A DNA stretch of 61,679 nucleotides, filler included, from Sphacelaria rigidula (taxonomy: Eukaryota), in assembly GCA_964200075.2 (NCBI GenBank). It is 4 parts of 4 records of this genome, joined end to end, with 100 filler letters (N's around TTAATTAATTAA, not from the genome) between each part and the next. Parts side by side here need not be neighbours in the genome. Positions count along the whole stretch, not along the records: positions 30,892 to 46,235 come from CAXNAA020001790.1; positions 46,336 to 61,679 come from CAXNAA020001791.1; 2 more parts are not named here. The stretch is one strand, 5' to 3'. This document shows, in pieces, positions 39,101 to 50,279 of this stretch. Below the pieces are notes generated by a model, which did not search any database, was not told the origin of the DNA, and saw only the letters and a list, made by a program, of their open reading frames with translations. Position numbers and translations under genes: made by a program. Numbering within the stretch: the stretch's first letter is position 1; each line of letters opens with the position of its first letter.

Positions 39101-42100
39101 TGCCGACGACAATAGGAAGAGAAACGTATCGATCGATGGCCCTTGCGGACGACAATATTGGCATCTACTGTAGCAGATTTCATTGCTCTTGCAATAGGTG
39201 CCGTCTATTGTCCAGGGTGTGAAATTTACAGTGTTTCAACTGGGGGCAACGGCCTAGAAAAGGTATACCTTCTCGTATTTTGCCCAAGAAAGGTACGAGA
39301 AATGACCAGAAACGCGAAAACAGCAAAGCACACCATCTACACCGATTTCACCCCGATTTTTTACGCACAGCAATCGGGGGGCTCCTCGGCACCCGGGGCT
39401 CGAAGATAATCCAGAAAAAAAAATGTTACTCGCGAGGTATGGGCATACGCAGAAGGACGTGTCGCTTCCAGAAACCACCTCCCCTTGCTAGGCCACATTT
39501 CGGCTAGGTATACCTGATCTAGGAAGTCTTTTTCAATCGTACCTTATCTGGGCCACCAGTCGACCCAGAAAGTACCTGTTGTGGGCCATCGCTTGGCGCA
39601 CTGAACCTGATGCGGCACAAAGCGCGCAAGGGAATCTACAGGCTAACTCCAACCATGGCATCCACGAATTCGGCTCTTTTCCCGCGCATTTGCCGTTCAC
39701 GAACGCCACAACGACCACGCCCTTTTCTCCCCGGAAATGGTTCCCGAGTCTCTCCGCATCGACACAAGAACTGGAATCAAAAATCACAACGCTTCGGTCT
39801 TTTGCGCTTGCGGAGGGTTGCGTAACATCGTGCCGTTGCGATCTGGGGCTGGTGTCATGGTCCTTCTGGGGCCCTTTTCTCCCACAATCGTATGTTGATG
39901 GCAGGTCTCCATTTGTCGTGTCGTTTTGAAGTCAAAGTGATGCTATTTCACAAAGAGGTGTGAAATGGAATCGTTTTGACTTAGAAAGCAAAACTAATGA
40001 ACACCTGTCTCTAACACACGATTATCGTGGGGGGGAAGTGGGAGAAAGTGCCTCAAGCATACCGTTGTGGAAAGTTAGGTGTTTGCCGAGATGAAATTCG
40101 GGTCTGGTCTTGAAGTCCAAAGCAAGACCGGAATGTCACCCGATTTCGGTTCAACGACTATGATAGCTTTCAAAGACCAAACCGACTATGGTGATGTGGG
40201 GACCAAATTTGGGTGTTGGGTTCGGTCTTTTCTATTGGTCACCAACCCCAAGTCCGAATTAGGGTTAGGATTACGGCGATCTGGGGAGCAGATTTGCCCC
40301 CGAAGTCCGCAGCAAAAATACCGTTCTGATCTTCCCTCGGTTTGGTATTTTAGATGTACATGCTATTGGTCGACAGGCCCGAAGGGTTTTCCGTCCTCCC
40401 GGCACATACCACACTCTATCATCGTGCGTAGGGCGCACATCAGACCACACGCCGAGAACGGTTGATATTACAGTGGTGTTCTCATGAAGTCAGCACAGCA
40501 GCATATGCAAAAAAAAACGGTGTTGAGCACAACTTGGCACAGACAGCGAGAAGCACGAACACCATAAAACAAACGTGACGTGTATCCGGCTTGCACTGAT
40601 ATCCAGACCAGGAGAAGGGAGCAAGCATACGATACAGGAGGATACTTATTTTTGGCTCACCTCGCACAGATAAGGGCAACTCAAGGTGAGTTGAAAGATT
40701 TTCGCGCGAAGCGCGACCATGGCCGAGCGTTTGAAAATCGGCACTCGGCAAAAATTAAGGACCCGTCTGAAATGAGGGGAAGAACTATCACATGAGACAT
40801 GTGCTATATCACTGTGCTGCAGCATACACACATTCATGCGCTGTCGCTGCGCTGTGGTGTCTCCAGGCTTTTTTGAAGACGGTTTGGTCTCCGCCGGGAC
40901 TGACTGCCTGACTTGCTTCATTGCTGTCATGGCGTTCGTCTCTTCGAAAAACAATGTTGTCGACACGAGTACTCTCCACACACAGTTGAAACCTTCATGA
41001 TGTGTTACCTGTTTCGTCTCGAGTCAAACGAGCGAGGCGCTTCCCAAACCCATCACTTATATGCTGTAGTTGTCGCTGTGCCGTTGTGCATCTGAACACT
41101 CGACGGCGATCACGGTGCCACGTGCGCTGGAGAGTGCCTCAACAGTTGTAGTGCTGCATGCCATGTTTCGGTCTGCACAGAATTGGGGTGGGATCAAATT
41201 ATTTATCGCCCTGGGAGGTATCATACTTGATTCGGGACTGGACACAGATAGTACACTTTACGCTACGACCTACTGTCTGTTACCTAGAGTTTACCCGGAT
41301 GCTCCGCAAATATAGATAAAATACTACAGGAGAGCCCCTCACGAGTTTACGCTCGCCCGCACTCAAGTGCGGACCAAGTCAGTATGTGTCAGATTCTTGT
41401 ATTTTGTATATCTTCGCTGGACTCAGCGGCAAGAAACAGTGAGCGCGCATCGTTCTCCACTTCAATCAGTCTACTGCACTGGTGTCTCTGCTTAGTCCTC
41501 CACAACAACACTACAGTGTGAAGCTATGTTGGCAACACAAGAGAGGTCGAGCAGGCGGCAAAGACAGGGCACGAGTAATACGTACGCCCATGTGATGTAT
41601 GACTTGTGATCGAAATGATTCTCTTGGCCTGCAACAACTTCTGTGCAAACCGAATACACGTCATGTCAATCGCTGTGTCAAGTTGTGCTCAACATACTAA
41701 CTCTTTGTGCATATGTTGCTGTGCTGACTTAAAAAGAACACCACTGCCACACCATCACTCGTTGATTCGCCATGTTCTGGGTGTGTGCTCTGGTGTTTGC
41801 GTGAGCAGCGAGGTGGCTGGTGGTGTGGCGTGTATTGTCGGGAGGACAGTTACACGTTACACGCCACGCCTATTGGCCAATAGCATCTACTATTGAAAAG
41901 ACCAAACCGAGCGAGATGCAACCATCGGACTTTGGACTGACTTTGGACTTCGGGGGAACAACAAAGTTCAAGCCCTGACCCGAAATTGGTCTGCGCAAAC
42001 ACCGTAATGGCTGTGACGTTAGGGTTAGTAACATGTGGTCGTTGTGGCGTTCGTGAACGGCAAATGCGCGGGAAAAGAGCCGAATTTGTGGATGCCATGG

Positions 42101-43469
42101 TTGGAGTTAGCCTGTAGATTCCCTTGCGCGCTTTGTGCCGCATCAGGTTCAGTGTGCCGAGCGATGGCCCACAACAGGTACTTTCTGGGCCGACTGGTGG
42201 CCCAGATAAGGTACGATTGAAAAAGAATTCCTAGATCAGGTATACCTGGCCGAAATGTGGCCTAGCAAGGGGAGGTGGTTTCTGGAGGCGACACGCCTTT
42301 CTGCGTTTGACCATATCTAGCGAGTAACATATTTTTCTGGGTTATTTTCGAGGCCCGGGTGCCGAGGAGCCCCCTGATTGCTGTGCGTAAAAATCGGAGT
42401 GAAATCGGTGTAGATGGTGTGTTTTGCTGTTTTTGCGTTTCTGGTCATTTCTCGTACCTTTCTTGGGCAAAATACGAGAAGCTATACATTTTCTAGGTCA
42501 TCGCCGTTTTACTAATAACATTATAATCACTAGGATTCCTTGTGTAATATGCAACTTGAACTCGTAGGAGTAGTCACTTGACCGAGCCTTGGGATTTACG
42601 GTATGTTTTTTTGGATAACATACTCGTACGAGTACGAGTATGAGTACGAGCATTGAGTTTTTTAAGAGACCCACACCTACAACAGTTTCCGACACCAACG
42701 TCGTCGTCACCGTCGTTGAGGATTCACCCAAAACATGGAAGGCAAACGCGCACGCTTGGACTAAATTGCTGCAATGCACCCACAGTGCAGCAAGCATCAC
42801 GTTCGGTGAGACTAATTCTTACAGCACGGGCAGCTAGCTCACCACCCTGGCAAAAAGTGTCCAGTACAGGATGTGATTCATGCGCCTTGGCGAACGAATA
42901 ACATGCGCAAACTGTGCAAGTGGATATATGTCAATAACACCCTTTGTGACGACACAATTCGGTGCGACTTGACATCCTAGGATATTGGTGGACCAACACA
43001 TACAGGCAATCAAACTATCAGCACACATGGGAAGCCATCGCACCAGCTTAGTCGCAGCGTCGAGCCCCAAGCCACTGTTGGCGCCAGTTACGACCACCGT
43101 TCTCTTGCTGGCCCCTTCTGCGACGCTGGGTGCCCCAGCCAAGAGCGCCGCGAGCCCGCTTGCAGCGACAGCTTTGGCGAAACCGCCTCGCGTTGTCAAT
43201 GATCCGTCACTCTCTAAACCACCAAAGCTATTGCTGCCACTACTGCTGGAGAACATCCGCGTAGCATCGACGCTTCTGCATTTGTTCAATGCGCTGGGTG
43301 TGTCGAGGACGCCGCTGGACTTGAACACACCGGAGGCGCCGTGTTGTGTCCGTCTCCGGTGTAAAGGCGCGGCGTGTGAAGACGATTTTATAGTCGTTGG
43401 TACGATGAATGCAGATGCATAATGCTGGGTGGAGACAAGAAAGACAATGAAGGGCGCGATGTGCCCCAT
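33129..43469 (-). CDS. Plastid-targeted light-dependent protochlorophyllide oxidoreductase-like short-chain dehydrogenase, complete, 442 aa
   Basis: Exons 43469-43044, 36840-36663 (GC donor), 35809-35700, 35080-34985, 34428-34323, 33858-33674, 33356-33129 sum to 1329 nt in one frame. Motifs: signal peptide + [52 protein letters not shown]...[20 protein letters not shown] (catalytic Tyr codon split T|AC); [26 protein letters not shown]. Confidence 0.92.
36405..36627. mobile_element. Palindromic MITE with a shortened CACACCCTGG-family MITE (36466-36567) in its centre
   Basis: Arms AGTGGGTGTCCATGCCCCGATTTCGCTTTCTCGCCAACATTCCCC and GGGGAATGCTGGCGAGAAGGGGAAATCGGGGCATTGATACCCACT. Inner copy has TSD aaataatt/aaatattt. 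Confidence 0.75.
37245..39221. mobile_element. ~2-kb non-autonomous hAT-type element with the CACACCCTGGACAA TIR
   Basis: CACACCCTGGACAA ... TTGTCCAGGGTGTG with TSD aaatttat/aaatttac. No long ORF. ATCGAT-rich subterminal regions. Confidence 0.8.
37913..38110 (+). repeat. Tandem array, about 5 units of ~43 bp
   Basis: Units start ATTGGTGGCCGCGATTCAGA (degenerate). Confidence 0.8.
39253..42497. mobile_element. Element with ~465-bp terminal inverted repeats (Mutator/foldback-like), non-autonomous
   Basis: 39253-39718 is a close reverse complement of 42035-42497. ORF-track entries 39610+ and 42143- share an identical first 36 aa. No convincing TSD. Confidence 0.75.
39860..40063. mobile_element. 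Palindromic MITE-like hairpin
   Basis: ~90-bp imperfect arms (TTCTCCCACAATCG...CTATTTCACA and TGTGAAATGG...GTGGGAGAA) around a short loop. Confidence 0.65.
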
Positions 43470-43971
43470 ACTCCCTTGGCACGTGCAGCTTGGCGCTAGA
43501 TCTTTTTCAAACAGGAAGCATGCAGCACATCGATCAAACCTCAAGCCTACCTTGTTTTAGGTATCGTCATTTTCGACAATGAAACGGCATTCAAACCCCT
43601 AGTCGATTAATTAAGGTTGGCCCGAGCGCGACCCCGCCTTCCGCATTTCAGGAAAGACGAGCATAGCATACATTTACTATCGCTCTCGAAATAGAAAGCC
43701 CCCGCTTACAATGGTGATGCTGATTGCCTTAGTTGCCATCAATAAAACCCAGGCGCGATGTGATATAAAGGGAATTGGAGTATGACAGTGAGAGTAGCGC
43801 CCCAGAGGAGAGGAATGAGGAATTTAGCCAGGAATCACCTATACCGTTAACTGTTACTAAAGTTAGCCCAAATCCAAACATTGCGCTCACGGGTGCTTTT
43901 ATATCTTTCGTGTAGCGACCCATGCGCATGGTCTCGGAGTACGCTGTACTGTATTTCTGAGCTTCTTGGGC

Positions 43972-44199
43972 ATGAGCGAGCTAGTGGGATTGAAGTCTGG
44001 GGGAGGGGAAACGCAGGAGGCCGGTAGCAGTGGCATTAGCAGTACAAGTAGCGTTCAGGAAGTTCCCGCGGCACCAGCACCTGCTGCCGCCGCGACCGCC
44101 GCGACCGCCGTCGCTTCTTGCAGCTTGGTCGCCAAGTGGCAGGGAAAAACCATAGAGTTACCCGCACTACCGGCTTCTACTACAATAGGTCAAGTGAAG
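43972..44199 (+). CDS. First exon of a ubiquitin-like-domain protein, probably UBLCP1-like
   Basis: ATG 43972 to AAG|gtgagt. After a low-complexity N-terminus, CSLVAKWQGKTIELPALPASTTIGQVK resembles the start of the UBLCP1 UBL domain (L..KW.G..Y....L....TV..LK). Remainder not seen before the contig end. Confidence 0.55.
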
Positions 44200-46064
44200 G
44201 TGAGTGTGGCGGGGAATTTTGATGTACACCCGATATTCACAGTACCGTTGTAGCGAATGTGCTACGGCCACGGTACTGCCTGTAATCATCACACATACCC
44301 TGTCCTGTCTGTGTTCTTCTGAGGCAGACACGCAGATTCAACATCCAGTGCACTACGGCGCTGTACCGTTCTTGAAATTTACATTGCCTCGTTCCCTGCG
44401 TATACTCCATGTACCGCACGTAAAAGTTGCATTGTAGCCCGGATCACAGCTAACAGGCAGCGAACGCGCCGGTGCCGGTTTTGGCTTCCTCACTTGGAAT
44501 TGGGAAGAAATGCGGTGCAACCTCACTCGTCTAAAATCACGCACATGCCAACCGTGTCTGAGGGCGTTCCGACGAAAAAACACTCAAACTCGAACTCGAA
44601 ATCCAAATCGATTTTGAACTGGTGAGTCGGGTGGATAAAGGACAAAACATTCGTTTCAGGCCGACTCTTGCGGCAGGCGATCCGGATCTTCACAAAGTCA
44701 CCTTTCATCACTCTGGAGATTTGGGTTAAATGGTAAGTCCGCAGATCATCTGGACCGACTCTCATGGGTCGATCCGGATCTAAAAGAAGTTACGTTTCAA
44801 TCGGGTAGTTTCGGTAAAACTGGGAGTTCTCAGATCACTCGAGCCAAGCTTGGTGGGTGTCTTGAAATATAAACGACCGAAAAAAAGCGGCGGAAGCGTT
44901 GGATTCCAATTTGATAGATCCACGTTATTTATGCTCCTAGATGGCTTCAGTTATTATTACACAGTAGGCTCTTGGACCAACTCGTACGGGGCCCGTTCAA
45001 AAACCCCGTCGTTTTACGCCCGAAATGAGGGCTATGCGGATGTTAACATCGTGGAATGATTTTCTCTACCCGTTGAGACCGTTCGAGGGCAACTTTGCGT
45101 TTCCCGCTGACCGTAGTTTGAATTTGGCCAAACTTGCGTTTTCGATAGGAAACGGTCAAGCGATCAAAAAGAAGAGGGATAATTGCCAGCAATTTGATCA
45201 CTTGAGGCCTTTTTGAAGACTGAGAAAAGTCACCGAGGAAAGTCGTTGTGGTCAGTTTCCAGAGACGTTTTTCAGAACGCAACATTATCGGGCCATTTTT
45301 CATGACAAAAGTATCTGGAAACTAACCAAAATTCCCAGACAGCGGCATTTTTCCAGATCTCTATAGGGAAAGCCGTCGATTCTCAGAAACTTTTCTCTGA
45401 AAATTGACGTTTTATCACACACTTCTCGCATAGAAGTGTAGTACAGCCAGTGCAAAAGTAGCTGTGCATGTTGTATGTACAGTACCGTGGCTACATCATG
45501 GCTGCTGCAGCACTCCGTGCATCCTCGTCATGACCCTAGGACTAGGGACAGACAGTAAGTACAGTACAGTGCTTTTTCGCCAGCATCGTTACTACTATAA
45601 AATAGCACTCCGTCGCCCCTGCTGGCTGTGTTGACTGCTCGTATCGTTTCATGCTCGCCATGCCCGCCACCGATTGCGGCCTCTGTAGTATTCTGTGTAC
45701 TGAGACAGTTGCTACCACACTTCGGACTGTCACGTGAGCTTGTTGCGTGCGGTATGGCACAAACCGTCTGCTGCACACACTGCACCGCTTGCGACACTAC
45801 TACTGTACCAAGCGGTGGTCGGAAGGGTAAGGGTTGAGACGCTTGTCATTTCGATCCATATTATACCAGCAGCTACTCTGTGTGTGCGTGTGCGCGTGTG
45901 TGTGTTGCCATCCCCTCTATCCTGTACCTCGACGGGATTATTCACGTGTTGGTTTACCGCAGGTTGCACAAGCACAAAAAGCAAATAATGGCCACTACCA
46001 CCATCTGCACGCAGGCTAGATGATGTGCTCGGGTGTATAAATCCCCAGGATTTTTTCATAGACT

Positions 46065-46235
46065 TCAACCCTTTAGGGACCGGGCCTCGAGAACGACCAA
46101 GAGGCTGGTCAGGAATGATGTGTCTGGTGTCCAAACGAAACAGTGACGTGTTGCTGAAAATCCGCGTATGTAACTGCAGGGTTATGACGAAGACCGAAAT
46201 TTTCATCTAGTCTATTTTCAGGTGCAGGGTGCGCA
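46065..46235 (-). mobile_element. Right-end fragment of the same piggyBac-type family, cut by the contig end
   Basis: TCAA|CCCTTTAGGGACCGGG...TCTATTTTCAGGTGCAGGGTGCGCA is a reverse-complement match to 30377-30549. Confidence 0.72.
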
Positions 46236-46335
46236 NNNNNNNNNNNNNNNNNNNNNNNNNNNNNNNNNNNNNNNNNNNNTTAATTAATTAANNNNNNNNN
46301 NNNNNNNNNNNNNNNNNNNNNNNNNNNNNNNNNNN
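46236..46335. other. Artificial contig linker
   Basis: Same 100-bp N44-TTAATTAATTAA-N44 structure. Confidence 0.97.
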
Positions 46336-46833
46336 CCGCACGAGCCCCGGTAGCCGCGGGGGGGGGCGTGGGGCGGGGCGGGGGGGGGGGCGCGGGGGGG
46401 GGGGGCACGGGCGAAGAATCAACATGCATTGCTCCGTGAGGAGACGTGAGAAAGGTACGGTCCGCGATAATACTCACGTAGCTTGGTTTCTCTTGCGCGT
46501 ATGGTTTGAAACATATTTAGACAAAAAAAAATCGGACACGAATATTCCCAACTTTCGTTTTTGTCCTTCCGTCCGTGTTATGATGGTGTGTGCGCACACC
46601 AAGCGGTGCGGTCCTACGCACGCCTCTACAGGGAAATACTCTGATACAGTAGAGTATGTCTACGCTTGCTTGCAACACAGGTACAGGACAGAGCGGCGCG
46701 AGTGCACATGCGTTCTGAGGGAAAGTAGCAGGATATTTTCAACACGCGCAAATAGGAAACAAATACGAAACCCCCGCACATAACTACACGTTGTAGGAGA
46801 AAATACGGCACCCAGCTCACAAACGGGCATCAC

Positions 46834-49800
46834 CTGTAGTACTTCTTGGTATCAGCGACGAGAAAGTCCTCCAGCTCGTTCTGGAACAGATGACTTCGGT
46901 CGCGCTTTTCAAAACCGAGGGTCTCATATCTGTAACTCCCGCAGCGAGACAAAGCGGGCAGAGCAGAATATGCACACAGGTTACAGCAGGCAGCGGTAGC
47001 GTCGGTAATAAGCGAAAGACTCTTGAGCCCACATCCATCATAACTCACTCGTCACGGGGATGGAGGAAGACGAATACCGGTCACCTGTTCCTGGTCTGTA
47101 CAAGTATAATAGTCAGTCTGACTTCGCGGAGAAAGCTCGAGCCCTGGATGCATAAACTACACGTACATTTCCAATGTTGGATATCTCGGAAAGTCGGTCG
47201 ATCGTGGGGTCAGTTTCTCCCTTGGCTAATAACTTCGTAAATACCTTTTTTCCTTATGCTCGGTTGCTAATATGAGTGTCCCTCGCAAACCATCATGAGC
47301 AAGTACGGGCGCCGAATTGACCGCAAGTGGTTTCATGCAACATAAAACAATAAAGAGGAAGGTTTTGTTATGGTTGTTGTGTTCAACTGCGGCGCAATCT
47401 AACGCTAGCAAATCGGAGGGACGGACGATGAATGAGGTCTGTCCAAGTGCCAAGTACCGACGGACACCATTCTCCGCACATGTGATGGGTATGCTATGTT
47501 CGTTTTCGCACGAAATATACCATGCTACCGACACCGTGGAACACGAGTCTTTCGAAATGTCCAGCATTGATTACTCACGTCTGTAGAAGGGACTTGACGG
47601 CATCGTTGTCGTCCAAGTCGGACAAGTTCCGCTCTCTGGCGGCGTTGATGACCCTGATAGTGTTATTCCGCAGGCGCTCCTTGAGGGCCTCAAACACGCG
47701 CTCTTTCCATACCATGAGTGACATCTCGTGCACAAAATAAACCTTGAATTGCACGGAATCAAGAAGATTAATTGCACAGGGGCGATGGGGTTTCTTGTCA
47801 CAATAAAGGTCGTGCGCACTTGGTTTTCACTGCTGACAAAAATTACGGGAAGCAGGAGAAAGGCAGAATGCAAGACTGTGAAAACGGTGAAAATTACTTA
47901 CCCCATCCTTCGGCGATCGGCCTGTTTCACAGTGGTTGGTCGTGATCCAGTGGCGATCCAGGTACAGGAACAGGTTGGATCCGTACTGCATTCCCACAGA
48001 GTAATTGTGGAAGGACGTACGATATCGAACGAGAAGTTCGGTATGCGAGTGCGCTGTCGCGTTGTCGAACGCCAGCAGACCCTCCAGAACCCCCGTCACG
48101 TACAGCTCTAAGGTCTCCTGTGATATGTGTGGTTTGGTTCAGGGCGTTGAGAAAAGATTATCTGGTCGAACACAGCGCTGGATGGTTAGTCGATACTGTT
48201 CGTACCATGACACTGCTTGGACTTGTGTGGCAGATGGGCTGCAACGGACGGTGTATTTTCCTCGGATAGACGCAAGCTCGGTGCAACGACAAGCACGACT
48301 TGGCGTAGCGTGGGAAGTGAACAGTGCCCTATACTTCTCGACTGTCCGGCAAGAGGCAACACGTGCGCGCAGTCGATTTTTTCCCTCTTTCTATCACCCC
48401 CCGCCCTCTCTAAAGTACCGCATCACTCGTGCAGGTGGCACAGGCAAACCACTTGTAGTACCCGAGCAACCGGAACTATGTATCGTGTATTCAACACGCG
48501 TTCAGGCCGGCGTTGGTTCATGTTTTCCACCCAGGCATAGCACTGCAGCTGAATTTGTATAAGTGTAGTGTGATCAAGGCCTGATTTATGGCGTGGAGGT
48601 GTTTTGGCAATGCAAGGAAAAAACTACATCATCCTCATCATATATATATATATAGTCGCTTCCGTGTTGCCCCCCATTCCCAACCCTGGGAGAACAGCCC
48701 GCTTCAACGAGCTTTGAAGTCCACGACAGCATACGCACGTTAGAACTGCAACTTCGGCGCTATATTTCTTGCTACAGATGGCACGTGGTGCGCCCTGACT
48801 TATACTAATGCGCAACGACGGCGAAAAAGGTGTGAACGGCGAGGGCGATTTTCCGAGCACTTTCAGCGATTTTTTAGAAAACCTCGCTCTACACTTTTAC
48901 TGATAGTACTCTGCCCTCGACTGGAAAATGCTCCACCGGAACGAAAAATTAGGCCCGGCCGTTCCGAAGAACAGGCTTACGCGACACAGAGCATCAAGCA
49001 ACAATCCAAAACTTGGAGCACTTGCCAAGAAATCTATCCTCGAGAATGGGAAGCTTCGCTGAGGGCACCTCAAGGACGGTATTGGGTTTTAAATAGCGTG
49101 CAGGGTACTGTTGCGAAACCAAAGCCGAGAAAAAGCGGTATTTTGGTGGTGTCAAGAGGGCGCCTGAGAGGTAAAATTGTTTCTTTCTTTGAGCGCTTAT
49201 GCGATAAGGTTTGCACAGCAAACCGAGCGTGCAGGTCGGCATCGATGCGACTAATACACACCGACGTCCGCTCAACTATCGAACACTACTGTGGACCACA
49301 GTAAAAAAGCTGTCACGCAGCCTTCGTTTCTTTGCTTGTGGGTTAGTCAGTGTACGTTACTTCCTGTGATGACATCCTGCAGTCAGCACAAGGGAGTGCA
49401 GTGCAGTCGGTTCAGTATACATCATATACACTTTGGTGAGAGCGAACACCATAACCTTCGAACCATGAAGCCCGCACGACAAGCTGCACGGGGAGAGGCG
49501 CGTGACAAATAGTGCTGCATCAAGACATAGAACCTGCGAGAGGGGTAACCGCGAGCTAAATAAGAAAATAAAGAATGCCCTACATGAAGGACTGGAGGCA
49601 ATCTGGAAAGTGGAAAGCGCATACTCGTCGAGTACCACATGATGCCCACACCAGCGCTTTACTTGTGGTTATATCAGCAGCAAATATAGTCGGGACCCAG
49701 CACGAAATACCAAGTCCCCACCAGGTCTCATAACGTACAACGTATAGAGATACGCAGCCATAGACAGATCCATTATTTAGATCCGACTGAGTACGGAGTG

Positions 49801-50279
49801 TATAACAGACCGACGCTCGCGTGCGCACTATTCTTGACTGCTCCCTTCATGCGCACTATTCTTGACTGCTCTCGGAGGCCAGACGATAATTCCTCCGAGT
49901 TGTGCTCGCTGTGTGAAAGTAGCCACAAGCACTGTACAGCACAGCAGTGTAGAACATCAGCATATTATAGACGGCCTCTATTTTACAGCACTACAGCGGT
50001 GTTTTCCTTCCACTGGTAGCAGTTGAACGAAAAAACGACCGTAACTTCGCGCGTTGGGACGTTGAATAACAGTACGTACAGCACCTTGAGCCTGGCATAG
50101 AGCTTGCTGTGCTGGGGGTCCATCTGCTTGGTGCACAGCTTGTAGATGCCCGTGTACAACAGCATCCACAGATCTGGCGGGAAACCCTGACCGATGTCCT
50201 GCAGTATCGTTATGAGGGACGACTCCAGTAGCACCCATGTATCGTCGAAGTCCACAGGTTGAGGGTTCAACAAAGTCAT
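46834..50279 (-). CDS. Cullin (CUL1/CUL2-like), N-terminal cullin repeats, 3' part missing at contig end
   Basis: Phase-compatible exons 50279-50085, 48117-47902, 47742-47579, 46929-46834: PQPVDFDDTWVLLE...WMLLYTGIYKLCT...LYARLK|ETLE...LLVRY...NLFLYLDRHWI...|VYFVHEMSLMVWKERVF...INAARE...|YETLG...FQNELEDFLVADTKKYY, typical cullin repeat motifs. Confidence 0.9.

Noticed and set aside
39610..39825. Duplicated small protein (also 41850-42143, minus)
   Set aside because: The identity comes from the inverted arms of the element and stops exactly at the arm boundary.
43972..50279. Ubiquitin-pathway cluster of the UBL gene and cullin
   Set aside because: The two genes are on different contigs separated by an artificial linker.
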